In this document: positions 26,368 to 35,364 of the stretch, one piece after another
Numbering within the stretch: the first letter of the stretch is position 1
Layout: every line of letters starts with the position of its first letter
Assembly (NCBI GenBank): GCA_965228735.1
Contig: OZ245838.1
Coordinates: 6,240,001-6,304,000, forward strand
Length of the DNA stretch: 64,000 bases
Origin: Planctomycetota bacterium
Lineage (GTDB): Bacteria > Planctomycetota > UBA1135 > UBA2386
Reading direction: 5' to 3'
Position numbers and translations under genes: made by a program
Notes under the pieces: model-generated
Seen by the model: the letters and a program-made list of their open reading frames with translations, nothing else
What the model was told of the DNA's origin: nothing
Databases searched by the model: none

Positions 26368-27615
26368 TTACTTGCCTTTCTTGCCGTTGGGGTCGCCGGT
26401 CTTCTGCAGCTCGATCGCATTCCGCACCTTGCGGCCGGGCTTCACCGGGCCGTCCGGCGGCTCGACCTTGCCCGCGTCGATGTCGCCCGTCGGCACGACC
26501 GGCGGCAGGTTCTGCAGCGCGGTCTCGAGCTCGGCCTTCTGCTTCTGCAGCGACTTCAGCTCGGCCATCTCCGTGTCGCCGGGGGCGTCCCCGATCTGCG
26601 CGATGCGCGCCTTGATGACCGTCAGCTGCTTCATCAGCGAGGCGCGCGGCGCGGCGGGTTGCGCCGGGACGGCAGGCGCCGGGCGGTACATCGCCGGCAG
26701 CATGCTCATCGTGGCTTCGTCACGCACCTGGATCTCGACCTGGCCGCGCGAGGCGTTGGCCTGCGCCGTGTTGAGCGCTTCCTCGTCGTCCGAGAACCGC
26801 ACCTGGACGGCCTTGGCCTGGATCTTGTCCAGCTCCTTGGTGCTGCCCTTCTCGAACTTCTCGCATTGCAGGACGACGTAGCCGAACACGTTGCGGATCG
26901 GCTCGGAGATCTCGCCTTCGGCGAGCGCGAACGCGGCCATCTCGACGCCCGTGCCGAGGAACGAGTTCCGCGTGATCGTGACCGAGCCGTCGGGCTGCGC
27001 GCCGAGGACCGCCGCGTTGGTCTTGACGAGCTCCGCCGCGGTCGTGCCGCCGGCCATCGCCTTCTGCACGACCTTGGCCTGCTCGAGCGCGTTGTTCTGC
27101 GGGAACTTGCTCGCGACCGAGTTGGTGCGGATCAGCTCGAACATGATCCGCTGGCCGCGCATCGCGTCGTCGCCGGTGTTCTCCAGCGTCCGCATGTACT
27201 CCATCATCGTGTCGAACTCGGCCTGCTTGACCGGCGTGCCGTCCACGGCGATCAGCGCGTCGGCGCCGAACTCCTGCCGCGCATCGGCCGACATCATCGT
27301 GGCCTTGTTGATCTGCATCGGCTGCGGACGGGCGGGGCGCGTGATGCCGGCGTCGATCGACGCGATCTGCGGCTCCGTGCGCGCGAGCTTCTGGGCCAGC
27401 ATCTGGTTGGCGTTCGCGGCGCGCTGCTTCGCGTAGGCGATCTCGCGCTGCAGACGCTCCTTCTCCGCCTTGAGCTGGCTGAGGACTGCGCCCGGATCCT
27501 GACCCTGGCCCTCCTGACTCGGGGCTTCCGCCGCCGGCTTCGCGGCGGGCGGATCGTTCTGGGCGGTGGCTGCGGTCGCGAGCAACAGAGAGGCCGAAAG
27601 GAGGCGGACGATCAT
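26368..27615 (-). CDS. Secreted SurA/PpiC (parvulin)-like chaperone
   Basis: Signal peptide; IAVDGTPV, AAFALAEGEISEPIRNVFGYVVL. Confidence 0.7.
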   Translation of the reverse strand: MIVRLLSASLLLATAATAQNDPPAAKPAAEAPSQEGQGQDPGAVLSQLKAEKERLQREIAYAKQRAANANQMLAQKLARTEPQIASIDAGITRPARPQPMQINKATMMSADARQEFGADALIAVDGTPVKQAEFDTMMEYMRTLENTGDDAMRGQRIMFELIRTNSVASKFPQNNALEQAKVVQKAMAGGTTAAELVKTNAAVLGAQPDGSVTITRNSFLGTGVEMAAFALAEGEISEPIRNVFGYVVLQCEKFEKGSTKELDKIQAKAVQVRFSDDEEALNTAQANASRGQVEIQVRDEATMSMLPAMYRPAPAVPAQPAAPRASLMKQLTVIKARIAQIGDAPGDTEMAELKSLQKQKAELETALQNLPPVVPTGDIDAGKVEPPDGPVKPGRKVRNAIELQKTGDPNGKKGK

Positions 27616-27766
27616 GAGGAACAGTCGGAAGTTGAGAAGTGGGGCGGACTATGAAACCGGCGGACCGTCGAACGCGCAAGGCTCGCGGTTCCTCCCGGAA
27701 CGGGCATTCTCGCGGCATGGCCCAAGCGCCGCGCCGGGGCGGGGTTGTGGGGGCAGCGTACCGCTC

Positions 27767-28747
27767 TCAGGGGCCCCGGGTCGCGAAGTGGTCCGCTGCG
27801 GCCGACAGGATGGGCGAGATGGCGATCGCGGCCGTGTAGTGGCCGAAGGGCACGTCGTAGCGGGCCGGGCGACCGAGCGCCTCCCAGAGCAGGTCCTGGT
27901 TGAGCCTCGGGATGACGTCGTCGAACACCGCGGCGACGAACAGCACCTTCTCCGTCGCCACGGCGGGTGCCATCAAGAGCGGCTCGTAGTGCAGGTGTTC
28001 GCGCAGCTCCGAGCGCACGTGATCGACGCCGACGCCGTCGGTCTCCTGCAGCCAGGCGACCCAGTTCTCGACGCGCGATTCGCCGCTCGCCGGGATCAGG
28101 CTCGGCAGGTGGCCGCCGGCGAGGCAGATCGTGACGCCCGCGAGCTCCGGTTCGTGGGCGGCGACCGCCGTCGCGACCATGCCACCGAGGGAGATGCCGA
28201 GCACGAACTGCGGCTGCCGGGCGCCGCCGCGCTGCGCGTCGGTCGTTCGCAGCCAGGCGAGCAGCAGGCGCTGATGCAGGACCGTCCGGCGAAACAGCTC
28301 CTGCAGCTCTGGTCCGCGCTGGCCGGGTTTCATCGCCGAACCCGCGCGATCACACAGCGCGACGTCGAAGCCGCGCGCGAACATGCTGTCGCCGACGAAC
28401 TCCATGATCGCCGCGCCGCCCGCGAGCATCGGCACGAGCAGCACGAGCGGGCGCGGCGGGGTGTCGGCAGCGCTCGCGTCGCGCGTGCTCCAGAGCTGGA
28501 AGCGGACGGTCTCGTCGTGGCCTTCGAGGCGACCGCGCCAGCGGGCCGGGCCCGTGCGTTCGAGGCCGGTGACGGTCGGGGCCGTCAACGGCTCCGGTCG
28601 GGCTCGCGCGGCCGCGGGCAACGCGGGCCGCGGGTGCCGTGGCGCGATGCCGGACGTGCAGCTGGCGAAGAGCGCCGACAGCAACAGCAGGGCGCGCCAG
28701 GTTCCCGCGCCGGCGCGCGGGGTCGTCTCAGAAGATGTGCACCGCAT
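27767..28747 (-). CDS. Alpha/beta-hydrolase lipoprotein
   Basis: Lipobox LFAS-C; nucleophile elbow GISLGG, Asp in FDDVIP, His in FGHYTA. Confidence 0.82.
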   Translation of the reverse strand: MRCTSSETTPRAGAGTWRALLLLSALFASCTSGIAPRHPRPALPAAARARPEPLTAPTVTGLERTGPARWRGRLEGHDETVRFQLWSTRDASAADTPPRPLVLLVPMLAGGAAIMEFVGDSMFARGFDVALCDRAGSAMKPGQRGPELQELFRRTVLHQRLLLAWLRTTDAQRGGARQPQFVLGISLGGMVATAVAAHEPELAGVTICLAGGHLPSLIPASGESRVENWVAWLQETDGVGVDHVRSELREHLHYEPLLMAPAVATEKVLFVAAVFDDVIPRLNQDLLWEALGRPARYDVPFGHYTAAIAISPILSAAADHFATRGP

Positions 28748-29732
28748 ACATGAGGAGGCCGGGGGAGCCGTCCATCGGTGCTTCGAACATCGAGTAGATC
28801 GAAGAGGTGGAGAGGAAGTTCATGTCGTCGCCGACCGCGAAACGCACGCTCGTCGTCGGCGAGTAACGATACGAGAGGTCGGCGCGAATGTGCGTCCGAT
28901 ACGTGTAGTACTCGTAGTGCGAGTTGAGGTTGAACGACAGGTTGTCGAGCAGCGGCCAGTCGATCGACAGCCGGCCGCGGTCCTGGCTCGTGCCGAGCCG
29001 CACGCCGTGGTTGATGTAGACGACCTCGAGCGGGTCGCCGCGGCGGCTCGCGTGCAGGCGCATCGACAGGCGGCCGAGCTTGCGGTGCTTCTTGTGCGCG
29101 TCGCGATACGGCTTGCTGAGCGGCACGAACGAGGACCGGAAGTCGTCCACCTGGACCTCGAACGCCGTGACCAGCGGGAAGCGGCGCAGCAGTCGCCGGG
29201 CCGGACGCGACAGCACGCGCGGACCGTTGTCGTGCACCCATTCGGCCTGTTCCTCGGCGATCGCCTGCTCGCTCCAGAGCGGCTGGCTGAGCTCGAGATC
29301 GGCGGGGCGCCACTGCTCGAGGAACGGCAGGCGCACCTCGCGTTCCGTGCGCCGGCGATCCTCGCGGACGAGGTCGTCCATGAAGCGCAGGGTCTCGCGC
29401 GCGAACGGATCGTCGATCGCCGCGAAGTCGGTGGAGCTCAGGGCCCACGTATGACGCGCGTCGGGAACCAGGCGGCGTTCGGTCAGGGTCGTCGGGGTCT
29501 CCGCGAGCCGCTCGGGGCGCCGCGGGATCGTGCGCTCGACGATCGGCGGTTCCCGTTCTTCGAGCTCCGGCGGCAGGAACTCGACGCCGATGCGCAGCAC
29601 GGTCGTGGGGCGGGCGGTCGCGATCGACGTCGCCGTTGCAGGAATTCCCGCCGGGTCGGAGCTGTGACCCCACCGCGGCTGCGATGCGCAGCCGGCGAGC
29701 AGACAGGCTGCGATGCCGAGCTGGAGCTTCAA
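28728..29732 (-). CDS. Hypothetical lipoprotein with C-terminal amphipathic beta-strands
   Basis: Lipobox LLAG-C; alternating aromatic/hydrophobic strands; ends MYAVHIF. Confidence 0.65.
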   Translation of the reverse strand: MKLQLGIAACLLAGCASQPRWGHSSDPAGIPATATSIATARPTTVLRIGVEFLPPELEEREPPIVERTIPRRPERLAETPTTLTERRLVPDARHTWALSSTDFAAIDDPFARETLRFMDDLVREDRRRTEREVRLPFLEQWRPADLELSQPLWSEQAIAEEQAEWVHDNGPRVLSRPARRLLRRFPLVTAFEVQVDDFRSSFVPLSKPYRDAHKKHRKLGRLSMRLHASRRGDPLEVVYINHGVRLGTSQDRGRLSIDWPLLDNLSFNLNSHYEYYTYRTHIRADLSYRYSPTTSVRFAVGDDMNFLSTSSIYSMFEAPMDGSPGLLMYAVHIF

Positions 29733-30129
29733 CGGGCCAGGTCCCCGAAACCGGATGAAGAGAAAGAACGCCAGTAAGCGTGCAGTCCCTGCATCGGCCT
29801 CCGCCGGGCGTTCCTGTACTCACGTTTTCTGGCGCGCAGTGAAATTCTATGCGCGTTCGGCCGCCTGGTTTCGCCTGCGGCACGGATCGTTCGGTGATAT
29901 GGCCGCAAAAGGCCCGGGATTTTCCGCGCCCGCTGCGGCGCGCGTGTGACGCGCTCCGAACGAGAAATCGGACCGCGCGACGACGCCGGCGCAGCGTTAC
30001 CGAATCGACCTCGTTCGTACGCTCGCGTCACCCGCCCTCACCGCCCGATTCAGTGCCCTGCCCACCATGGCAACGCGCACTACGTGCGCGTCGACCGCAG
30101 CGGCCAGCGTCAGTTCGGAATCGCGGGGG

Positions 30130-32328
30130 TCAGTCGAGCGCGCGCCGACGCAGACCGTCGCTCACGGCGAAGCGCGGCCCGAGCGTGCGGGTCAGTTCGT
30201 CGAGTGCCGCGACGATCGTCGAGAGGCCCTCACGGCGCGCGTAGCGCGTGATCCCGCCGGTGAACGGGGGGAAGCCGATGCCCATCACGAGGCCGAGGTC
30301 GAGGTCCTGCTCGGCGCTCACGACGCCGCCGTCGAGGCACCGATACGCCTCGTCGACGAGCGGGTAGATCAGCCGCTGCACGAGTTCGGAGCGCGATGCC
30401 TCGCGACCCGGCGTCTTGCCGTCGCCGCGCAGCTGTTCGATCACGCGCCGTCCGGGGCCCGTGCCGCGACCGTTCGCCGCGTAGATGCCGCCGCCGCTCT
30501 TCTGCCCGAGCGCGCCGGCGCGCGCCATGGCGCCGAACAGATCGCACGGTTCCATCCGATCCGGGAACCCGGCCTGCATGACCTCGCTGACCTTGGCCGC
30601 GACGTCGAAGCCGACCTCGTCGAGCAGGCGGCACGGTCCCATCGGCATGCCGAAGTCGAGCATCGCCGCATCGATCGCCTCGGGCGAACTGCCCTCGAGC
30701 AGCAGTCGCGCGGCCTCGTTGAGGTACGGCGACAGACAGCGGTTGACGAGGAAGCCCGGGGCATCCGTCGTGACGACCGGGAACTTGCCGAGCTCGACTG
30801 CCAGTCGGCATGCCGTCGCGACGGCCTCGGCACTCGTGTGCTCGCCGCGGATGACCTCCACGAGCGGCATCTTCTCGGGTGGGTTGAAGAAGTGCAGGCC
30901 GACGACGCGGTCGCGCTGCACGACGTTCTCCGCCATTTCGGTGACCGACAGCGAACTCGTGTTGGTTGCGATGATCGCCTCGCGCGGCAGCCCGTTCGCG
31001 ACGGCCTGCGCCATGAGCTGTTGCTTGACGGCCATGTCCTCGACGACGGCTTCGAGCCACAGATCGCAGCGCGAGAGGCTGCCCCACTCCGTCGAGACCA
31101 TCAGTCGGTCCTGCGTGGCCTGCGCCTCGTGGGCGGCGAGCCGGCGGCGCTTGACGCGCTTGCCGAGGTCCTTCGCGAGACGCGCCTTGGCCTTCGCGAG
31201 CGCGGTCAGATCGAGGTCGCACAACCGCACGTCCCGCCCCTTGTCGGCCATGAGACCCGCGATGCCGGCGCCCATGATGCCGCCGCCGACGACGAACGCG
31301 CGCTCGACCGGACGGGCGGCGTCGTCCTTGCCGAGGCGCTTGCTGCGCTCGGTCAGGAAGAACAGGTGCGTCAACGCCTTGCTCTCCGGGGTGACGATCA
31401 TCGCGCCGAGCGCTTCGGCCTCGGCGTTGAGGGCCTGGTCGCGTGGCAGCGCGAACGCGTTGACGCAGCACTGCAGCGCGGCCTTGGGGGCCGGGTAGAA
31501 CCGGGCCTGACCCTGCGACAGCTTCTTCGTCACCGTACGCACGACGAGCCCGCGCAGCGGCGTCCGCGACAGCCACCACGCGCTGCCGCGCAGTCGCCGG
31601 CGCGGCGACTTCTTGCTCGCGGCGATGAGCTTCTGGCACTCCTCGCGCGCGGCCTGCCGCAGCTTCTCCGTCGGTACCGCGCGGTCGACGAGGCCGCGCT
31701 TCAACGCCGGCTTGGCCGGCAGCAGCTTGCCGGCGAGGATGAGATCGAGCGCGATCGGCAGGCCCACGAGCCGCGACAGGTTGTACGTGCCGCCAAAACC
31801 CGGGATGATGCCGAGCTTGGTCTCGGGCAGACCGATCTTGGTCGAACGGTCGGTGCTCGCGACGCGCACGTCGCAGAACAGCGCGAGTTCGAAGCCGCCG
31901 CCGAGGCACGGGCCCTCGATCGCCGCGACCACGGGCACGCTGAGGCTCTGCAGCCGGGCGAACGCGGCGCGCCCGCGGGCCGCCGCTTCCGCGCCGGCGC
32001 GCGGCTCGGTGATGTCCTGGATCAGCTGGATGTCGGCGCCGGCACAGAACATGCCGGGACCCGGACCCGTGACGATCACGGCGCGCACGCGCGCGTCGCC
32101 CGCGAGCCGATCGAACGTCGTCTCGAGGGCCGTGATGCGGGCGGTCGTGAACGTGACGACGGATTCGTCCGGGCGCCCGAGCCGGACCTCGGCGATGCCG
32201 TCGGCGTCGACCGTGCAGCGCACGAGGTCGTCGTTCTTCGGCGCCGTGTCCGTGGGCTCGTTCGGCGTCGCCGAGGAATCGGTCGCCGCGTCGTTGGCGC
32301 TCGTCGTCTTGCTCGTCGAACCGGTCAT
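30130..32328 (-). CDS. fadJ: Fatty-acid oxidation complex alpha subunit (enoyl-CoA hydratase/3-hydroxyacyl-CoA dehydrogenase)
   Basis: FCAGADI, GGGFELAL, GLPETKLGIIPGFGGT, GGGIMGAGIA, NTSSL, GLHFFNP, PGFLVNR, GIGFPPFTGG; ATGA overlap with the thiolase gene. Confidence 0.93.
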   Translation of the reverse strand: MTGSTSKTTSANDAATDSSATPNEPTDTAPKNDDLVRCTVDADGIAEVRLGRPDESVVTFTTARITALETTFDRLAGDARVRAVIVTGPGPGMFCAGADIQLIQDITEPRAGAEAAARGRAAFARLQSLSVPVVAAIEGPCLGGGFELALFCDVRVASTDRSTKIGLPETKLGIIPGFGGTYNLSRLVGLPIALDLILAGKLLPAKPALKRGLVDRAVPTEKLRQAAREECQKLIAASKKSPRRRLRGSAWWLSRTPLRGLVVRTVTKKLSQGQARFYPAPKAALQCCVNAFALPRDQALNAEAEALGAMIVTPESKALTHLFFLTERSKRLGKDDAARPVERAFVVGGGIMGAGIAGLMADKGRDVRLCDLDLTALAKAKARLAKDLGKRVKRRRLAAHEAQATQDRLMVSTEWGSLSRCDLWLEAVVEDMAVKQQLMAQAVANGLPREAIIATNTSSLSVTEMAENVVQRDRVVGLHFFNPPEKMPLVEVIRGEHTSAEAVATACRLAVELGKFPVVTTDAPGFLVNRCLSPYLNEAARLLLEGSSPEAIDAAMLDFGMPMGPCRLLDEVGFDVAAKVSEVMQAGFPDRMEPCDLFGAMARAGALGQKSGGGIYAANGRGTGPGRRVIEQLRGDGKTPGREASRSELVQRLIYPLVDEAYRCLDGGVVSAEQDLDLGLVMGIGFPPFTGGITRYARREGLSTIVAALDELTRTLGPRFAVSDGLRRRALD

Positions 32329-33632
32329 GCGGCCTCCAGCACCACGGCCTGGCCCTGGCCGCCGCCGACGCAGAGCGTGGCGAGGCCGTGGCGCAGTCCC
32401 GAGCGGCGCAGCTGATGGGTGAGGGTCAGGATCAGGCGTGCGCCCGTCGCCGCGATCGGATGCCCGACCGCGATCGCGCCGCCCTGGACGTTGAGCTTGC
32501 TGTCGTCGAGCTCGCCGACCGGCTTGTCGAGGCCGAGGTGCTCGAGGCAGTACTCCGGTGATTGGAACGCGGCCTTGCACGCGAGCACCTGGGCGGCGAA
32601 CGCCTCGTTGAGCTCGATGCGGTCGAGGTCCCCGAAACCGATCTCGGCACGTTCCAGCGCCAGCGGCGTCGCGTGCACGGGGCCGAGGCCCATCGTTGCC
32701 GGGTCGAGCCCGACGGTCGAGGTTCCGCGCACGAACGCGAGCGGCTCGAGCTTGTGCTCCTTGCACGCCGCGGCCGACATGCAGAGCAGCACGACCGCGC
32801 CGTCCGTGATCTGGCAGCTGTTGCCGACGGTGACGTCGCCGTTGTGGCGATCGAAGACCGGCCGCAGCCTGGCGAGCGCTTCGCGCGACTGCTCTTGGCG
32901 GATGCCGTCGTCGCTGCTCACGGGTGCCTCGTATCGCGGCGGCGCGACGTAGGGCGCGATCTCGGCGGCCAGGCTGCCGTCCTGCAGCGCCGCGGCCGCG
33001 CGCTGATGGCTGCGCAGCGCGAAGTCGTCCATCGCCGCGCGGTCGACCCCGAAGCGGCGCGCGACGAGCTCGGCGGTGTCGCCCATCATCATCCCGGTCG
33101 TCGGATCGGTCAGCCCTTCCTTGATCGCGATGCGCGGCGCGAGCGCGCGCGGTCGGAACGACGCCATCGCCGCGAGCTTCTTCGAGAACGAGCGCGCCTT
33201 GCCGAGGCGGGTGAAGAACTTGACGAGCTGCGGTCCCATGACGAGCGGGAAGTTGCTCATCGACTCCGCGCCACCGACGAGGAACACCTCACCGGTGCCG
33301 GCCGCGAGCTTCTCCTGTGCGGTCACGAGCGACTCGAGGCCCGAAGCGCAGTTGCGCATCACGGTGACGGCCGGTGTCGTGGCCGGCAGGCCTGCGCGCA
33401 GCGCGGCAACACGCGCGACGTTGGCCTCGCGAGCGTCGGCGCCGGCGCAGCCGAGGATCACCTCGTCGACGACGGCGGGATCGAGTCCCGTGCGTGCGAG
33501 CAGCTCGCGCATGGCGAACGTCGCGAGGTCCGACGCGAGCGCGCCCTGCAGCGGGCCCTGCGCGCGGCAGAACGGCGTTCGAATCCCGGCGACGATCGCC
33601 AGGTCCAGAGAACGGGCATGGCCTTTGCTCAT
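32325..33632 (-). CDS. fadI: 3-ketoacyl-CoA thiolase
   Basis: RTPF, NCASG (catalytic Cys), GGAESMS, NEAFAAQ, GHPIAATG, LCVGGGQG. Confidence 0.93.
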   Translation of the reverse strand: MSKGHARSLDLAIVAGIRTPFCRAQGPLQGALASDLATFAMRELLARTGLDPAVVDEVILGCAGADAREANVARVAALRAGLPATTPAVTVMRNCASGLESLVTAQEKLAAGTGEVFLVGGAESMSNFPLVMGPQLVKFFTRLGKARSFSKKLAAMASFRPRALAPRIAIKEGLTDPTTGMMMGDTAELVARRFGVDRAAMDDFALRSHQRAAAALQDGSLAAEIAPYVAPPRYEAPVSSDDGIRQEQSREALARLRPVFDRHNGDVTVGNSCQITDGAVVLLCMSAAACKEHKLEPLAFVRGTSTVGLDPATMGLGPVHATPLALERAEIGFGDLDRIELNEAFAAQVLACKAAFQSPEYCLEHLGLDKPVGELDDSKLNVQGGAIAVGHPIAATGARLILTLTHQLRRSGLRHGLATLCVGGGQGQAVVLEAA

Positions 33633-33679
33633 GATTGAAAGTCGATCTTGCGGGTCGCAGCGACCGGCGCTGCCGGCGG

Positions 33680-35164
33680 TCAGGACTTCGGACGCGCGTC
33701 CACGAAGCGCTTCTCCTTCATCTCGGTTTCCATCCCGATCTTCTGGAGCATCGCCTCGAGGCCGAGGAACTGGAATTCGTTGGGGGTCACCTCGAGCCGG
33801 CTCTTGAACACGTTGCGCACCTGTTCGGCCATCGGCTCCTGGCCGCAGCCGTCCTTCAGCGCGAGGTGCACGACGAGCTCGTCGACCTCGAGCGGGTCGT
33901 CGTCCTTCTTGCGCAGCTCGATCTGCCACTCCTCGACCTCGGGCATGTCGGACAGCAGCATCGCGCAGTCCTCGAGGTTGACGAGCGTGCCCTTCACCTT
34001 GAGCAGCTGCAGATCCTTGAGGCTCGACTCGCGCGTCAGGTCGCTGCTGATCCGCGGCACGGTGCGGCCGCAGTGCGGACACGGGTCCCAGCGGATGCCG
34101 CCGCGCACGCGATCACCCGTGCGATAGCGGAAGACGGAGCTCGCGCGTGCGTTGAGCGGCGTGAACACGAGCTCGCCGTCTTCGCCCTCGGGCACGACCT
34201 CGCCCGTCTGCGGATCGACGACCTCGAAGATCGCGAGATCCGGATACAGATGGTAGCCCGTGTAGGCGTTGTCCTTCGTCGGGCACTCGGCGAACGCCAT
34301 GCGCGCTTCCGTGAACCCGTAGGTGCCGAACACGCTGACGTCACCGGCGCCGGTCGCCTGCAGCAACTCGCGGATCTTGTCCTTCATGCCCGGCGGCACG
34401 CGTTCGGCGCCGAGCACGACGCAACGGATCGACGACAGGTCGAGCCCGTCGCTGACCGCCTTGCGCAGCAGGTGGTAGACGTAGCCCGGCACGCCGATCA
34501 GCGCGTCGGCCTTGAGTCGCGAGATCGCGCGCAGGTCGCCCGTGCTGCCCATGACCTTGCCGCCACCCGTCGACAGCACCATCATCCCGGTCTCCTGACC
34601 GGCGAAGAAGACCTGCCAGAACGCGAGGTGCGGCGCATACGGGAACACGTTCGCGATGCGGTATTCCTCCGGCAGACTCATCACGTCGACGAGTCTGCTG
34701 CCGGTGTCGTGCAGGTTCCGGATGTCGTGCGGCGAGTAGAAGAACGGCACCGGGTCGGCGGAGCGCCCGGTCGTGAAGGTCATGAAGCACGGCGAGAACT
34801 CGCGCTTGACCGCGCGTCGCACCGAGTCCTTGCCCTTGGTCCACTTCTGCCACAGGAGCGGCAGCTTCTTGCTCAGCGGCCACGCGGCTTTGATGGTCGC
34901 GGGATCCGGCTGCAGGATGAAGTCCTTGAACTTCTGCGGCTCTTCGGGGCTCGCGAGCAGGTCGCGCTTGCTCGTCAGCGGCAGCCGACGGAGGTCGGCC
35001 ACCGTGCGGATCTGTTCCGGCCGCACGCCGCTGCTGTCGAAGAGCCGGCGATAGAACGGCGAGAACGGGTAGAGGTATTCCCGGACGTAGCGGCTGAGCA
35101 ACTGGTCCTGTACGGCGCGCTGTTCAGCACGCGACATGCGCTGCAGTTTCGACCAGTCGTGCAT
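33680..35164 (-). CDS. PaaK-like (phenylacetate-CoA ligase family) AMP-forming ligase
   Basis: SPFYRRLF, LPLTSKRDL, FTTGRSADP, YGFTE, RYRTGD, KVKGTLV, KEKRFVD. Confidence 0.85.
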   Translation of the reverse strand: MHDWSKLQRMSRAEQRAVQDQLLSRYVREYLYPFSPFYRRLFDSSGVRPEQIRTVADLRRLPLTSKRDLLASPEEPQKFKDFILQPDPATIKAAWPLSKKLPLLWQKWTKGKDSVRRAVKREFSPCFMTFTTGRSADPVPFFYSPHDIRNLHDTGSRLVDVMSLPEEYRIANVFPYAPHLAFWQVFFAGQETGMMVLSTGGGKVMGSTGDLRAISRLKADALIGVPGYVYHLLRKAVSDGLDLSSIRCVVLGAERVPPGMKDKIRELLQATGAGDVSVFGTYGFTEARMAFAECPTKDNAYTGYHLYPDLAIFEVVDPQTGEVVPEGEDGELVFTPLNARASSVFRYRTGDRVRGGIRWDPCPHCGRTVPRISSDLTRESSLKDLQLLKVKGTLVNLEDCAMLLSDMPEVEEWQIELRKKDDDPLEVDELVVHLALKDGCGQEPMAEQVRNVFKSRLEVTPNEFQFLGLEAMLQKIGMETEMKEKRFVDARPKS

Positions 35165-35364
35165 ATTCAATGAGCTGCCCTCCGTCGGAGTGCGTCTACC
35201 TGTTCTAGCTCTTCGGCACGGCCGGGTTTCGTTCTTCAGGCAACTCCCGGTATTGGCCGATCTAGAGACAGTGACGGGCCGGCGATGTCCGCCTCGTGGG
35301 CGGCCCGCCGGTCCCGGATTGAGTCGGCCCGGTTCGAGTCGGCTGCAAGCGATTGGCCTGAAAC

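Noticed and set aside
29733..30129. Riboswitch or small gene in the ~400-bp gap between fadJ and the lipoprotein gene
   Set aside because: No recognisable riboswitch consensus or convincing ORF; most likely a promoter region. An Rfam scan would be needed to exclude it.
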